Shown here one piece after another: positions 24,963 through 39,307 of a DNA stretch of 64,000 nucleotides. The notes under the pieces are model-generated. The model had not been told where the DNA came from and did no database searches. It was given only the letters and a program-made list of their open reading frames with translations. Source of the DNA: Octopus vulgaris (taxonomy: Eukaryota); assembly GCA_951406725.2 (NCBI GenBank), contig OX597820.1, forward strand, positions 126,480,001 to 126,544,000, in the 5' to 3' direction. How positions within the stretch are numbered: the first letter of the stretch is position 1; every line of letters begins with the position of its first letter. The position numbers and the translations under genes are program-made.

Positions 24963-26907
24963 TTCATTGTTTTGCAATGCATGGAAAAGAGGGAAAATCC
25001 TGACAAAATTTGTGAAATTCCATATATGTGTGTGCGTGTGTGTGTGTCTATATATATAATATATGTGTATGTGTATTCTTTTACTTGTTTCAGTCATTTG
25101 ACTGCAGCCATGCTGGAGCACCACCTTTAGTCAAGCAAATTGACCTCAGGACTTATTCCTTGTAAGCCTAGTACTTATCCTGTCGGCCTCTTTTGTCAAA
25201 CTGCTAAGTTACAGGGACATAAACACACCAGCATTGGTTGTCAAGCAATGGTGGGGAGACAAACACACATACACATACATATATATACATATATATACAA
25301 CAGGCTTCTTCCAGCTTCTGTCTACCAAATACACTCAGAAGGCTTTGGTCGGCCCGAGGCTATAGTAGAAAACGCTTGCCCAAGGTGCCATGTAGTAGGA
25401 CTGAACCTGGAACCATGTGGTTTGTAAGCAAGTGACTTACCACACAGCCACTCCTGTGCCTCATATGTATGTGTCCTTGTGTTTGTATGCATGTATATAT
25501 ATATGTATATGTATATGTATATATTATATATGATGAGCTTCTTTCAGTTTCTTTCTATGTAATCTACTCACAAGGTTTTGATTATCATGAGGGTATAGCA
25601 GAAGATACTTGCCCAAGGTGCCATGAAGGGATTGAACTCAGAACCATGTGATTGGGAAGCAAGCCTCTTACCACACACAACACTGATATCAACAAATACA
25701 TTAGTGTGGCTTTCCTTTTTTGCTTTGAGTGTTATTTAAGGGAGAGTTGGCTGCTATTTCTAGCTGATTATACCACCACTTGCGTAGGGGCCTCCTGATT
25801 AACCCCACAATACAGTTTAGAGTTTGTGTACGTGTATGTGTACGTGGTGGAGGGTAGCCATAGCTGTCAAGGGCTGAGAAGTGGCACACTTCTTTACATT
25901 CAACAATTCCATATCTTCCTTTACCTTCTTCCACCCCTGCAAGTCATACCCTTTCTCCGCCCTTGCTTGCTTCTCATCCTCACTTAAAGACAACAATATA
26001 TGCTCCCCCCCCAACTCTACTATCACCACCACCACCACACAGACACGCATTCCAGAAAGAGGAAGGTTATGGCAGTAGTGTATATGTATCTGTGTATGTG
26101 TGTATGTATGTATGTATGTATGTATGTATATATGTAACACTGTCCCTTTTCTGCCTGCTTCTGCTCCTTCTTCCTTTTACCTTCACCCACCATTTCAGGC
26201 CTTCCATGTGTTTGTATTTACAGTACATACATGCAGAACTAAAGCATTGGAGATATCCTTCTATCTCCCCCTCGTCTTCAACCCACCTTTTAATGGTTGA
26301 TGGGCACACTTAGAAAGTGTGTGTAAATATGCCGGGTATTTGCTTGTCTGGCATGTGAAGGGGGAGACGGGTGTCCTGTTGCCAGGCGCTGGTGTGTCTA
26401 CAGCCATGTGTGTCTTCATCCGCATGCCAGGAACATACACTACCCTCTCTCCTTTCCTTCATTCACAAACATATGCACATCTGTTTTCAAGGAAAAATCT
26501 GTCAATGATGATAGACGTGCATGTTTGTGTGTGTATGTTTGTATATGTGTATATGTGTTTATATACATATATATATATGTATGTTTGTATATGTTTATAT
26601 ATGTGTTTGTAAATATGTATGCTTGTATCATCATTGTCATTTAATGTCCGTTTCTCATGCTGGCATGGGTTGGACAGCTCAACAGGAGCTGGCAAGGCCA
26701 GGTTTTACACCAGGTTCCATAGTCTGTTTTGGCTTGGTTTCTACAACTGGATGTCCTTCCTAGCACCAACTACTTTACAGAGGCACCATCACCAATTCTT
26801 TTTATGTGGCACCAGCACCAGTGCTTTTTATATTTATTTAGTAGATATATATAGATAGACAGATATATATACACATGTATGTATATATATGTGTGTGTGT
26901 GTGTGTA

Positions 26908-27122
26908 CAAGATGGTGCTGAAAAGTTTCTGGCTTTGGGTAAAAGAAAATAGAGGAGGATCAGTTAATTATGATTTTATTCAACATATCCCCCTCTTAGA
27001 TTCAAACACTTACACAGTGGTCCTTCATTTTTTTCTAAGCCCTGTAAAAGAACTCAGAAGGTTGGGCCTCCAAACTGGCATTTCATAATACCCAAAAAGT
27101 CAGGAACTTTGCAACACCCTTT
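26908..27122. mobile_element. mariner-type MITE (inverted second copy ~35660-35872)
   Basis: ggtgctgaaaagtt(t/c)ctgg...caggaacttt ends; the two copies are reverse-complement homologues. Confidence 0.7.
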
Positions 27123-28481
27123 CATATATATATATATTTATGTATACATGTGTGTATGAATGTATATTTGCTTGTGTGTATATAAATGTGTGCATGTAAG
27201 CACCAAGTACACTGTAAAGTGGTTGGCATTAGGAAAGGCTTCCGGCTGCAGAAAGCATGCTCCATTGTCTACTTTGACAGACACTGGAGCATGAGACAGT
27301 CCTCTGGTTCACTGGCTCATGTCAAACCAGCCAACCTATGCCCACATGAAAAACAGACATTAAATGATGCTGATGATGATATAAATACTGTAAAAACCCA
27401 TATTGTTAAAAAAAAAACAGCTTCTACTCGTTTAAAATTTGCACCCAAAAGTTTACAGAATTGCTGATAAGACCAGGGGGAAAGGTTTTCAGTTTAGTTG
27501 TATTTAGCATAATTTCACTTACTTATGATTAGATATTATTAAATTTTCATTAAATAAAAATAATTTCTGTTTAACAGGTATCGCATTGAAAGCTATCAAA
27601 TTATGAAGTGTTTGCGCTGTTTATAATAAACTTTATTTTACATTTCTTGCCTACAAGAGATTAAGTCCAATCTTTAGCATACTGCTGTATGCCTTCTCAA
27701 ATCATAACCACAGGAAAAGTTGTTGATAATTCTTATCAACAAAAACAAAGCTGATAAATATGTACAAGTGTTGCAAAATAAGTTTTAATTACCAATAAAC
27801 ATCAGCTTGGATGACACTTTACTCAACTGACAAATTCAACATGCAAGTCAAATGACATTAAACATCGTGCAAGGTAAATGAAGGTTTCCATAGGAACACT
27901 AAGTCATATTCACTTAATGAGTTTACATGCGCAAGGATGAATTATGATGTTGTCATCAGCCTTAGATGCAGTAAGAGCTGGTAGCGGCAACGTCGGTGGT
28001 GATGAATTTCATTGTCCTAACACGGAGAAAGTGAGCAATAACTTCCTGAAGGCAAACTCAAACTAGACTTCTTAAGTGGAGAAAAACTGATTTATTTAAG
28101 GAAATTACTGGGCTCCGTTGCAATTGGTAGAAACTCCAAAAAATGTAAAATATGGCCCAGACCATGATTACCTTACATGAACATCAAACTTCAAAAAGTA
28201 GTTAACCATCTAATAGTTTTAGTAAATTTATACGGAAAGAGTAAGCACTATACTGCCCAGCGTAAATAAAAGTCAACTTCATTATATTTTTTCTGTGAAA
28301 ACCTATTCTGACATTAAATGAGTCAACTTCAAATGTGAATGTACGTGATTTTGCAACAAAAATTTTTTTTTTTAAATTCTGGAAATGATCTGTTCATGTA
28401 ATTTATGCACACCCTAAACTTTATTTTTGTTTTTGTGAAAAAAGTGCATAAATTACATGGTTTTTTTTATATATATATATA

Positions 28482-29951
28482 TCAGGTCATTAACCCTTTC
28501 GTTACTGGATTTATTTTGAGATGCTCTGTGTTTCTTTCAATTATTTTAAAATATAACAAAGAATTTAGTAAAATAACTTAGTTATCATTAAGCTAGTTTT
28601 AGGAACATAAATTGTGACTAAGGTTTGGTGGAAGATTCTAATTCAAAACTTATGAAACAAGACATTTGTACTATAGAGCCAGAGCCGGTTTCAGCCGGGT
28701 TGATAACAAAAGGGTTAAGAATGAAATGTCTGGTTTTCTTATGCAACAAGTTTGACAGTCAGTAACTCTTATGTTTTATCCTGACAATTCTTTGTTTTAC
28801 CTCATTGAAGAATTACATCATCACTTTTCGAAATGCAATTCATGGTGTCTGATTCTATTTTGAGTTTTCTCTTGTAAATCAATTTTTGTGAACTCATGAA
28901 TAGATAAAAAATTTGTGTTGTTTATGAATATGAGTTCTGTCGTGGAACCAATGTGTCCCAGACAGCTCAAAACATCAAAGAGGTGTTTGGTGAAGATGTG
29001 GTGGATGAGTGCCCTTTACGTTGACAAGTTCCTGTCTGATGACTTTAGTTTTGAAAACCAGCCCTGTGGTAGACCTGAGACCAAGGTGGATAATGATGAG
29101 CTGGAAACTGTAGCGGAAGCACATATATCTCAAACTATGCATAAGTTAACAGCAATGTTTGATGTTTCGATTCCAACTGTATTGGACCATCTGAAACAAA
29201 TCAGCAAGGTAAAGAAGCTGGACAAGTGGGTACCACAAGAATTGAACAAACATTGTCTTGAAACTTGCTGTTCTTTGCTGTTGCAGCATAAAAGTGAACT
29301 ATTTTTGCATCATGCTGTTACGTGTGATGAAAAATAGATTCTTTTCAACAATAGCAAGCATTCTGCACGGTGGTTCAATAGAGACAAAGTGCCAAAACAA
29401 TCCCAAAAAGAATATTCACCAAAAAAAGTTAATGGTGTCTGTTTGGTGGTCTAGCACTGGTTTCATCAACTACAGCTTCATGAGACCTGATAAGTCGATT
29501 ACAGCGGATGTATACATCAACCAACTGGATGAAATGATGCGTGAACTTGCAAACTGAGATTGGTCAACAGAGACAGGCGGCCAATTCTCTTGCAAGACAA
29601 TGCTCGACCACATGTTGCACAAAGAATGCTACTCAAGTTACAGGAACTGAACTTGGAAGTTCTCCATTATCCACTTATTAACCAAACCTTCCACCGACTG
29701 ACTATCATGTTTTCCAGGCATTAGACAACTTTTTGCAATGAAAATACTTCAAATCTGAAGAAGATGCAAAAATAGCCTTTTGTGATTTCATTACCTCTTG
29801 CTCTCCAGAATTCTTTGCTGCCAACATAAATAAGCTACCGATAAAATGGCAGAATTGTGTGCATACTTTGATTAACTGCATTGCTTTTTGTTGAGATAGA
29901 ATAAAATAAACTCTCAGTTCAGAATTGAACATTTCATTCTTAATGACATGA
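28482..29951 (+). mobile_element. mariner element, decayed; left TIR split by a TTAA MITE
   Basis: KKLDKWVPQEL, VTCDEK, LQDNARPH, PTDYH motifs; right TIR acatttcattcttaatgacatga matches left TIR once 28494-28718 is removed. Confidence 0.9.
28494..28714. mobile_element. piggyBac-like MITE family A (~220 bp)
   Basis: TTAA|CCCTTTCGTTA...TAACAAAAGGG|TTAA. Confidence 0.85.
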
Positions 29952-30799
29952 TATATATATATATAGTATTTAATTAAGACTGAAATTGAGTGTTTGCCTC
30001 ACGATTCGAGTTTCACACTGATCTTCAGACAAAACTACAGTGGAGCTATATATATATATCATCATCATCATCATCGTTTAACGTCTGTTTTCCATGCTAG
30101 CATGGGTTGGACGGTTCGACCGGGATCTGGGAACCAGGAGGCTGTACCAGGCTCCAGTCGGATCTGGCAATGTTTCTGCAGCTGGATGCCCTTCCTAACA
30201 CCAACCACTCCATGAGTGTAGTGGGTGCTTTTTACATGCCACCGGCACAGGTGCCAGGCGAGGCTGGCAACAGCCATGATCGGTTGGTGCTTTTTATGTG
30301 CCACCGGCACAGAAGCCAGTCAAGGTGGCGCTGGCATCGACCGTGTACGGATGGTGCTTTTTACGTGCCACCAGCACAGGTGCCAGGGGAGGCTGGGAAC
30401 GGCTACGAACAGTTGGTGCTTTTTACATGCCACCGGCACAAGCCAGTCAAGGTGGCGCTGGCATCGACCATGTATGGATGGTGCTTTTTACGTGTTGCCT
30501 GCACAGGTGCCAGTGTAAGCTGGCAACGGCCACGATCGGTTGGTGCTTTTTACGTGCCACCAGCATGGATATATATATGGCTATTTTATTTTTCATTTTT
30601 GTTCTCTAAATATATGTATAGTACAAAAATAAAAGTAATGAAGATGAGGTAAAAAAAACAAAAGATAAATAGGGTATAAACAGTGTGATTAAATAAGCAT
30701 AATATTTGATATAGTAATCTGAATGTTAAAAGGGTTAATGTAATTTTTATTCTATATACATACATTTTATACATATACTTATTTTTGTTTCTCTTGTAG

Positions 30800-30918
30800 A
30801 TTTCCCTCCCGAAACGACGCTGCGTCAAAAGTACAGAGTCCTTGGCAACAGTCTTAATGTACACGTTGTGGCCGTCCTTATTAAACTTCTCAACCAGGAC
30901 AGTAACCTAATGTTATAA
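30800..30918 (+). CDS. TRDMT1: DNMT2/TRDMT1 terminal coding exon with motif X
   Basis: ttgtag|AT TTC...TTA TAA; (D)FPPETTLRQKYRVLGNSLNVHVVAVLIKLLNQDSNLML*. The seven exons sum to 1071 nt in a single frame. Confidence 0.95.
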
Positions 30919-31297
30919 CACGAGTGGTGCTCTCTCTCTCCCTCAACCAATCACAGACAGACAGATATATATTTATTTTTATAAGATACACATAATGTAA
31001 AATTTGAATTATGAGACTGGCTCTGTTGAGACAGATTATGTTGGGATTTTTGTAGAGCCATGTTTATTTTTATTTTTAAAAATTTTATTTTTGGCTTGCT
31101 ATTTTGTAAAACCAGAAAGAGATATAGATATTTCTTCATTTTATTCTTTTATTATTGTACTTCTTACTATCCAAGCCGTACATGAAATTCTTTGCAGCTG
31201 CTGCTGGATATTAGCAGTAAGTAAATTGAATGAGAAAGGAGGAAGGTAACAACAAAGTTTGGTTTTATGAATTGGTAAAAAAAAATAAAAAAATACA

Positions 31298-31311
31298 ATA
31301 AATAAATAAAT
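31298..31311 (+). terminator. candidate polyadenylation signal(s) of DNMT2
   Basis: Overlapping AATAAA hexamers about 380 nt after the stop codon, but inside an (AAAT)n run; no transcript evidence. Confidence 0.3.
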
Positions 31312-32443
31312 AAATACATAAACATTTATAATATGCATTTAACTGTATTGCAGAATTCTTGTGTGTTTGTCTGTCTGCCCCCCCTCTCTCTCTCTCTCTT
31401 TCTCTCCCCCCTTCTCTCTCTCTGCATGCACATATACATACATATATATATGCATATGTCATCATCATCATCATCATCATCATCATTTAATGTCTGTTTT
31501 CCATGGTTTGGCAGGAGCTGGAGAATTGCCGAGGCCCCATGTCTGTTCTGGCATGGTTTCTACAGCTGGATGCCTTTCCTGACGCCCACCACTTTTCAGA
31601 ACGTGCTGGATGCTTTCATGCAGCTCCAGCATGGGTTTTACGTGGCACCAGTACGGTTATTTTTTACATGGCACCAGCACCCCCAAGCCTACAAGATTAG
31701 GAATGCTCAGCAGTGGACATGCCTAAATGCAAGGACTTCCACAATCTTACTTAGCTTGACATGTCTTCCCAAGCACAGCAAACCGCTGGGTGTCTCGGTC
31801 TCTTGCCATCCCCTCTGTGAAGCCCGACATCTGAAGACCCTTCTCACCACTTCATCCACGCACAATGTTTGAAGATTCTTTCTCACCAAGAAAAGAGATA
31901 ATGTAGGAATAAATGATTATTTTATGGACTTCATTAGAGTACAGCTACAGGTTGCAGTGGGCTCAGAGTTTAGTGTCAGAGACATTGATGTAAATGTAAA
32001 GTCACTCAACTGAATCCAGCATGTCTTGCAGCAGAAACAGCTGAAAGCTAATGAAGTTCATAAAATAATCATTTATTCTTTTGCCATCTGTTTTCTTATT
32101 ACTCTTTTCTACTTGACGAATGTTTTGTTCAGGAGCATATATACACTGAGTTCTACACCAGGTTATTAGTATCACAATACATACATACACACACACATAT
32201 ATATGTGTGTGTGTATGTGTGTGTGTGTGCAACCTCATGGTTCCAGGTTCAGTCCCTTGAGCCAACCAAAGCCTTGTGATTGGATTTGGTAGACGGAAAC
32301 TGAAAGAAGCCCATTTATATATATATATAGTAATATAATAAGAGTACATAATAGCTTTAATGGTTTTTAAAAACCCAACAATTATTTATTGGTAGATTTC
32401 AGCATCTAAATATAACAACGGTAGGAACTTCTATAAAAGTTCA

Positions 32444-32506
<63 letters not shown>

Positions 32507-32568
32507 TTACTGGAAAAACGATATAAGTATTTGCATTGGGACTCCTTTCATCGAAAACCGGTGATTGT

Positions 32569-32613
32569 CGTACGCTGAGGACAGGTCAATACCTAGAAAC
32601 TGCAGTCCATGCG
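32569..32613 (+). ncRNA. minimal type I hammerhead motif
   Basis: CGTACG-CTGAGGA-cAGGTcaatACCTa-GAAA-CTGCAG-TC-CATGCG; one mismatch each in helix I and at the base of helix II. Confidence 0.7.
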
Positions 32614-32933
32614 TATCACTTAGATTGACGAGGGAAGGATGACCTCCTTTGCAAATACCATAAGGAGCACAGAAAGTGTGCCTAAAGCCAGGTGGAGACG
32701 ATGATCTCCTGGGGCTAACAAAAGCATATTAAGACAAGTATACCTCACACACACACACACACCTTAGTGGTTAGCTCATATTGAGATGGCAGCCTCGTCT
32801 GGCACCTGTCGGTGGCACATAAAAACACCATCCGACCTCGCCAGCCTCGTCTGGCACACACCCACTACATATATATATATATACAGCCTTCGGGCTCCCC
32901 AGACCCCATATATATATGATGATGATATGATGA

Positions 32934-33000
<67 letters not shown>

Positions 33001-33559
33001 ATCCAAACATGAAAACACAAGGAGAAAACACAACAACGCGAGGACGTGGAACGAGTATAGTATTATTGGACACTCAGGAACATACACATATATATATATA
33101 TACATACATATATATATATATGTATGTATTTGTGTTTGTGTGTCTGTGTTAGTCCCCCTCAACATCACTTGACAACTGATACTGGTGTGTTTGCATCTCC
33201 GTAACTTAGCAGTTCAGCAAGAGACCAATAGAATAAGTACTAGGCTTACAAAGAATTAGTCCTGGGTCAATTTGCTCGACTAAAGGCAGTGCTTCAGTGT
33301 GGCCGTAGTCACATGACTGAAGCAAAAGAATCACTTAATGTCCATTTTCTGTGGTTGGACGGTTTGACTGAAAACTGGTAAGCTGGGGAGCTGCACGGGG
33401 TCCTAGTCTGATCTGGTAGAGTTTCTACAGCTTGATGCCCTTCCTAATGCCAACCACTCTGAGAGTGTAGTGGGTGCTTTTTACGTAAAAAGCCTATGTC
33501 AAATTCAATTACAATAAAGAAATATCAATGACCATTATTTATGCCTTGTCAAGCATCTT

Positions 33560-34224
33560 GAGAGAAACGTTAGGTATAAGAGGCATCAGATGTGGTGTGC
33601 CAGGGAGGTGACTGTGCAGGTATGGTCACGTGATGCAACTGGACAAAGATAGCTGTGTAAAGTACCAATCTTTAACTGTGGAGGGAATCTGTGGTAGAGG
33701 TAGACCCAAGAAGACATGGGACGAGGCGGTGAAGCATGATCTTCAAACTTTGAGCCTCACAGAGGCAATGATTAGTCACCGAGACCTTTGGCAATGTGTT
33801 GTAGTTGAGAGGACCTTTCAAGCCAAGTGCACCCATGTTGGTGGTACGTAAAGTACACCTTTTGAGCATTGGGCCTCACAGAGGCAAAGTGATTGAGTTC
33901 CTTTCAAGTGTTGGGCCTCATGGAGGCAATGACGGAGACCTTTGGTATTATGTCATGCTTGAGAAGAAGACCCATCAAGCCAAGTAAAATTGCAGTCGTG
34001 GCAGATACTGGTGTCATGCAAATTGGCACATAAAAGCACCTTGGTGTCACGCAAATGGCACCTATGATGGTGACACATAAAAGCACTCATTACACTCTCA
34101 GAGGGGTTGGTGTTAGGAAGGGCATCCAGCCATAGAAAACCATGCCAAATCAGACTGGAGCCTGGTGCAGCCTTCCAACATGCCAGCCCAGTCAAACTGT
34201 CCAACCCATTCCAGCATGGACAGT
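33560..34224 (+). mobile_element. RTE-type LINE 3' fragment
   Basis: GRGRPKKTWDEAVKHDL and same family 3' end. Confidence 0.8.
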
Positions 34225-35309
34225 GGACATTAAATGATGATGATATGTGTGTGTGTGTGTGTGCATGTACGTATATATGCATGCATACTTACATTCATAT
34301 ATTTGTGTGTGTGCATGTACACATACATATATATGTCTGTGTTTGTCTTAGTGAAATAACACCTCTCCAAATATTTGTTACTCAGTAGACTAAGAAACAG
34401 GTTGTTCATGTTAGAAAGGGCATCCATTGTACTCGTTTCACCCACACAAGCATGGAAAAGGAGATGTTAAGAATAGTAATGAGGATGATAATTAATATCA
34501 TATCTGAATCAAAACTAGGTCACAGATTTCGTTGAATAGGAACTGGTTTTTTAATCAATTAACTGGGTTAATGATTCTTTGTTTTTTCTTGCTTCTTGTT
34601 TCTTCTGAGACAGTGATAAGAAAAAAAGCAATTAAATTTCTAAAAAAAATAGAAATCATATATTCTGATAAAAATAAGGAATTCATTAAATATGATAAGA
34701 TTCATGTTAATGTTACCACACCTATTCATTGAGTAATTAAGATCTTGGGCTGAGTTTGATGTGGGATAGAGTTTATTTTGTTTTGTTTGTATTTGTTTTT
34801 TGTTTTGTTTTTGTTGTTATTTTGGTTGTTATTGTTATTATTATTAATTGTGTTACTGCCAGAATGTAACTGAAACAGATGCAGCATGGAAAGAAATAGA
34901 TATTAAGCCAATAATCATGATGCCCTTAAAGATAAAGACATTGCTGGTGGATGGTAGCTGGTGGAGGCTGCAGTTGCTGCATTGATAGTGAGGAGGGTGA
35001 GGACGAGAGGGTGAAGGTTATGTCCATGATTGTCATGGCAGAGGTCTTTATGATGACAAACTTGAAAAGAAGTGGGATTTTGTTAACCCTTTTGATGCTA
35101 ATCTGCATGAGACTGTCTATAAGTTCTGTGGCAGAACCTTTTTGTTTTAAAGCTATTTGAAATAATAATGATGGACTTACAGCATGCGATGCGATGCGCT
35201 CAGGTGCATCAGAAAAGAAAGCAATCAAAGCTGCACGAAACAGTGCACAGAATATGCAGAGGAAGTGAACGGTGAGACAGTCTTGAAAAGGAAACGAGGG
35301 AGAGCAGCA

Positions 35310-35560
35310 TCAGAATGGAAGTCTTGAAGGGTGTAGAGTCCCAACGACTAAGAACTGATGTAGGTAGTTGATTCCATGCTTCAGCAATTCCGAGCATGAA
35401 AAAACATTTTCAAAAGTTATGGGAGCTGCGTCATTTTTTTTTATTTTGTAAGCAGGTTCACAAGTGTTAGACATGGAATTCAAAAAGGTGCCCAAGGTCG
35501 TTGTTAGAAAGACAGTGGATAATCTGATAATCCTGTGGTGTCTACCAAGTCAGTCGCCTG
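35310..35560 (-). mobile_element. CR1/L2-group LINE 3' remnant
   Basis: FFMLGIAEAWNQLPTSVL..PFKTSI resembles the conserved WNxLP C-terminal motif. Confidence 0.55.
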
Positions 35561-36936
35561 ACGTCATTGCAAATCTTCCATAAAAATTTCATATTAATTG
35601 ATGTTCCAGACAATAATCTAATCATTGAATTATTTAACAAAATCTTCGATTATTTACTCCTCGGGGTGCTGAAAAGTTCCTGGTTTTAAGGGTATCATGA
35701 AAGACTTACTTGGAGGACCAGCCTTCCAAGTTCTTTTTACAGGGCTTAGAAAAACTGAAGGATGCTGCAATAAGTAGGTGATCTGAGAGGTGAATGTGTT
35801 GAATAAAATCATTATTAACTGATCCACCTGTATTTTGTTTTACCCAAAGCCGGGAACTTTACACCCCATCATACTTTATTTTATAGGGTTGCGAATTGGC
35901 AGAATCGTTAGCATGCCGGGCGAAATGCATAGCCCCTATTTCGTCAGCTGCTACGTTCTGAGTTCAAATTCCACCGAGGTCGACTTTGCCTTTCATCCTT
36001 TCAGGGTCGATTAAATAAGTACCAGTTACGCACTGGGGTCGATATAATCGACTTAATCCGTTTGTCTGTCCTTGTTTGTCCCCTCTGTGTTTAGCCCCTC
36101 GTGGGCAATAAAGAAATTAAAAAATCATACTTTATTTTATTTTCTCAGCTCTGAGTGGATCAAAATCAAACTCATCTTCTACAAGATTTAAATTCAAAAT
36201 CTAAAGGGACTTAGTTAAATGCTGCACTGACATTTTTGTCTGACACTCCACTGATTCTCCTCAGGTCACTCTGAAATAAATGACACAACAATACAAAGAA
36301 ACTATAGAGTTTCTGTTAATGCTTTTGTATTGCTCCTAATGAGACTTGGTTAATCTGGCCGACAATTAAAGGCAATCCACCCATGACCATCCCTATTTTC
36401 TTACTTTATTTCCAAGACTACTTTATCCAAAGTGAAGGCATGGGGCCTAATTGTTAGGATCGTCAGACTGTGGGTTTGATTTGCAGGCAAGGCAGCACAT
36501 TGTGTTCTTGTGCAAAACACTTTATTTTATGTTGCTCCAGTCCCCTTTCGATGAAGGGAGAGTATTGGCTTGCTCGCCTATCCAGTGGGGTGGCATCATT
36601 TGATGGCTAAAACAATGCAAAGTGCATTGTGACCATCGATGTATAACGGCATCTGATAGTCTGGTCAGCCATATGATCACTTTATCCAATGTAGTTCTTT
36701 GGGGTTTTTTTTTTCTAAGACATTAAAATTGCAGCCATGGAGCAATTTGGCTGCTATCTCTAGCAGGTGCATGGTGTAATGATTACAGTTCTGAGGTCAT
36801 GATTGTATGATCATGAGTTTGCTTTCTAATTCAAGTAGTGCATTGTATCCTTGAGCAAGACACTTCATTTTCCCATTGTTCTTATCCACTCAAATGAAAA
36901 TAAGTACCAACAGCAGCTGGAATTTAAATCTATCGA

Positions 36937-37326
36937 CTGGCCTCTGTGATGTGGGCACATAACAAACACCATCCGATCGTGGCCGTCCGCCAGCCTCATC
37001 TGGCACCTGTGTCGGTGGCACATAAAAACACCATCCGAGCGTGGCCGTCTGCCAGCCTCGTCTGGCACCTGTGTCGGTGGCACATAAAAACACCATCAGA
37101 GCGTGGCCGTTCGCCAGCCTCGTCTGGCACCTGTGTCGGTGGCACATAAAATCACCCACTACACTCTCGGAGTGGTTGGCGTTAGGAAGGGCATCCAGCT
37201 GTAGAAACACTGCCAGATCTGACTGGCCTGGTGCAGCCTTCGGGCTCCCCAGACCCCAGTTGAACCGTCCAACCCATGCTAGCATGGAAAACGGACGCTA
37301 AATGATGATGATGATGATGATGATGA
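36937..37326 (+). mobile_element. RTE 3'-UTR-only copy (others ~2630-2850, 22521-22740, 26630-26825, 30058-30565, 31455-31890, 37340-37662, 42978-43225, 44905-45232, 53295-53475, 54395-54660)
   Basis: aacccatgctagcatggaaaacggacgctaaatgatgatg terminus and 60-bp units, no coding sequence. Confidence 0.8.
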
Positions 37327-37679
37327 CAACAGACTCACATCCCATCCAGAGGCAATGACCAAGACCTTTGGCATTATGCTCTGCTTGAGAAGACCCATCA
37401 AGCCAAGTGGAATCACAGTTGTGGCAGACACTGGTGTCATGCAACTGACATCCATGCTGGTGGCATGTAAAAGCACCCATCACACTCTCAGAGTGGTTGG
37501 CATTAGGAAGGGCGTCCAGCTGTAGAAATCATGCCAAATCAGACTGGACTCTGGTGCAGCCCCTCAAGGAGTCTGGTGTAGCCACTCAGCTTACCAGCCT
37601 GGGTCAAACCATCCAACCCATGCCAGCATGGACAACAGACGTTAAATGATGATGATGATGATGTTTACAGAAGTGAGTT

Positions 37680-37717
<38 letters not shown>

Positions 37718-37721
<4 letters not shown>

Positions 37722-38135
37722 CACAGGATTGGCTGTGTGGTAAGTAGCTTGCTAACCAACCGCATGGTTCCGGGTTCAGTCCCATTGCGTGGCACCTTGG
37801 GCACGTGTCTTCTGCTATAACCCCGGGCCGACCAATGCCTTGTGAGTGGATTTGGTAGACGCAAACTGAAAGAAACCTGTCGTATAGATGTACATATATA
37901 TATATATGTATGTGTGTGTGTTTGTGTGTCTGTTTGTCCCCCTAGCATTGCTTGACAACCGATGCTGGTGTGTTTACGTCCCCGTCACTTAGCAGATCGG
38001 CAAAAGAGACCAATAGAATAAGTACTGGGCTTACAAAGAATAAGTCCTGGGGTCGATTTGCTCGACTAAAGGCGGTGCTCCAGCATGGCCACAGTCAAAT
38101 GCCTGAAACAAATAAAAGAGTAAAAGAGTAAAGAG
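37718..38135 (+). mobile_element. tRNA-derived CORE-type SINE with internal microsatellite (copies ~5885-6290 -, 6305-6692 -, 10108-10465 -, 10485-10930 -, 18537-18893 +, 25075-25460 -, 44386-44787 -, 60852-61310 -, 61678-62043 +)
   Basis: tggctgtgtggtaag / gggttcagtccc boxes, ccttgggcaagtgtct core, (gtaaaaga)n tail. Confidence 0.85.
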
Positions 38136-38319
38136 TATATATATATATATATATACATACATACATTGCTGCTAGCTGTTTTTGATTTCATTTGGTACAT
38201 ATATAAATATATATATATATATAAAAACTTATAAATAAGGGCTAAAGAAAATTATTTCAATGCCAATATGCTGATAACAGACTTTTAAATCGTCAATTTC
38301 CACATATTATTTACTCACT

Positions 38320-38320
38320 A

Positions 38321-38365
<45 letters not shown>

Positions 38366-38419
38366 CGTATATATATGTGTATATATATATGTATATATAT
38401 ATGTATATATATACGTATA

Positions 38420-38478
<59 letters not shown>

Positions 38479-39125
38479 CTATCTATCTATCTATATATAT
38501 ATATATATCATGCACACAGACATACTTCATGCAAGTGTCTATATTTTCATAATTCTTATCACTTCACAGCTGACAAGTAGTTCAGTAAAAAATGACAAAA
38601 AAGAAGAAGAAACAAGAAATTATTTGCTAAAATATGATGGAATTTTTGTATCTTATGGTGTTCGATTTTTTAGGTTGATTCAGTACAAAGAATTATAGAC
38701 CTAAAAAAAAAGATCAATAATTATGTTATGGGGGTAAATAAGGGAAATCCCCACAGGAGTTCAATAACATAAAATTCTTGAGCTGTTGAGAAATATGAAG
38801 AAAATTTACACACTGTTCTTTAAAAATCAATCAATAAATATTTGTGGATGTGTGTCTGTATATGTAAATGTACAGAATTTTGTGATTTATGCATGTATGT
38901 ATATATATACATATATATATATATGTGTGTGTGTGTGAGTGATTGCGTGTGTGTGTGTATATATATATATGTGTGTACACATGTATACATATACATAGAC
39001 ACACACTCATACATGTATGCTCCAATTGATGCATATATATGTATACATATATAAATATATATGTGTGTGTGTGTATATATACATATATATGTATATATAT
39101 ATGTATATATATGTATATATATATT

Positions 39126-39158
<33 letters not shown>

Positions 39159-39266
39159 GCATGGATATATATATGTATGGATATATATATGTATGTATAT
39201 ATATATGTATCGATATATATATGTATGGATATATATATATATGTATATATATATGTATGTATATAT

Positions 39267-39307
<41 letters not shown>

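Noticed and set aside
27871-27963. Minus-strand AAGG-CTGATGA...GAAA...TA-CCTT pattern
   Set aside because: Helix III is neither paired nor palindromic and stem II is unconvincing; may be chance.
29993-30034. Minus-strand CTGAAGA..GAAACTC..GAG pattern
   Set aside because: No stem II and no NUH cleavage triplet.
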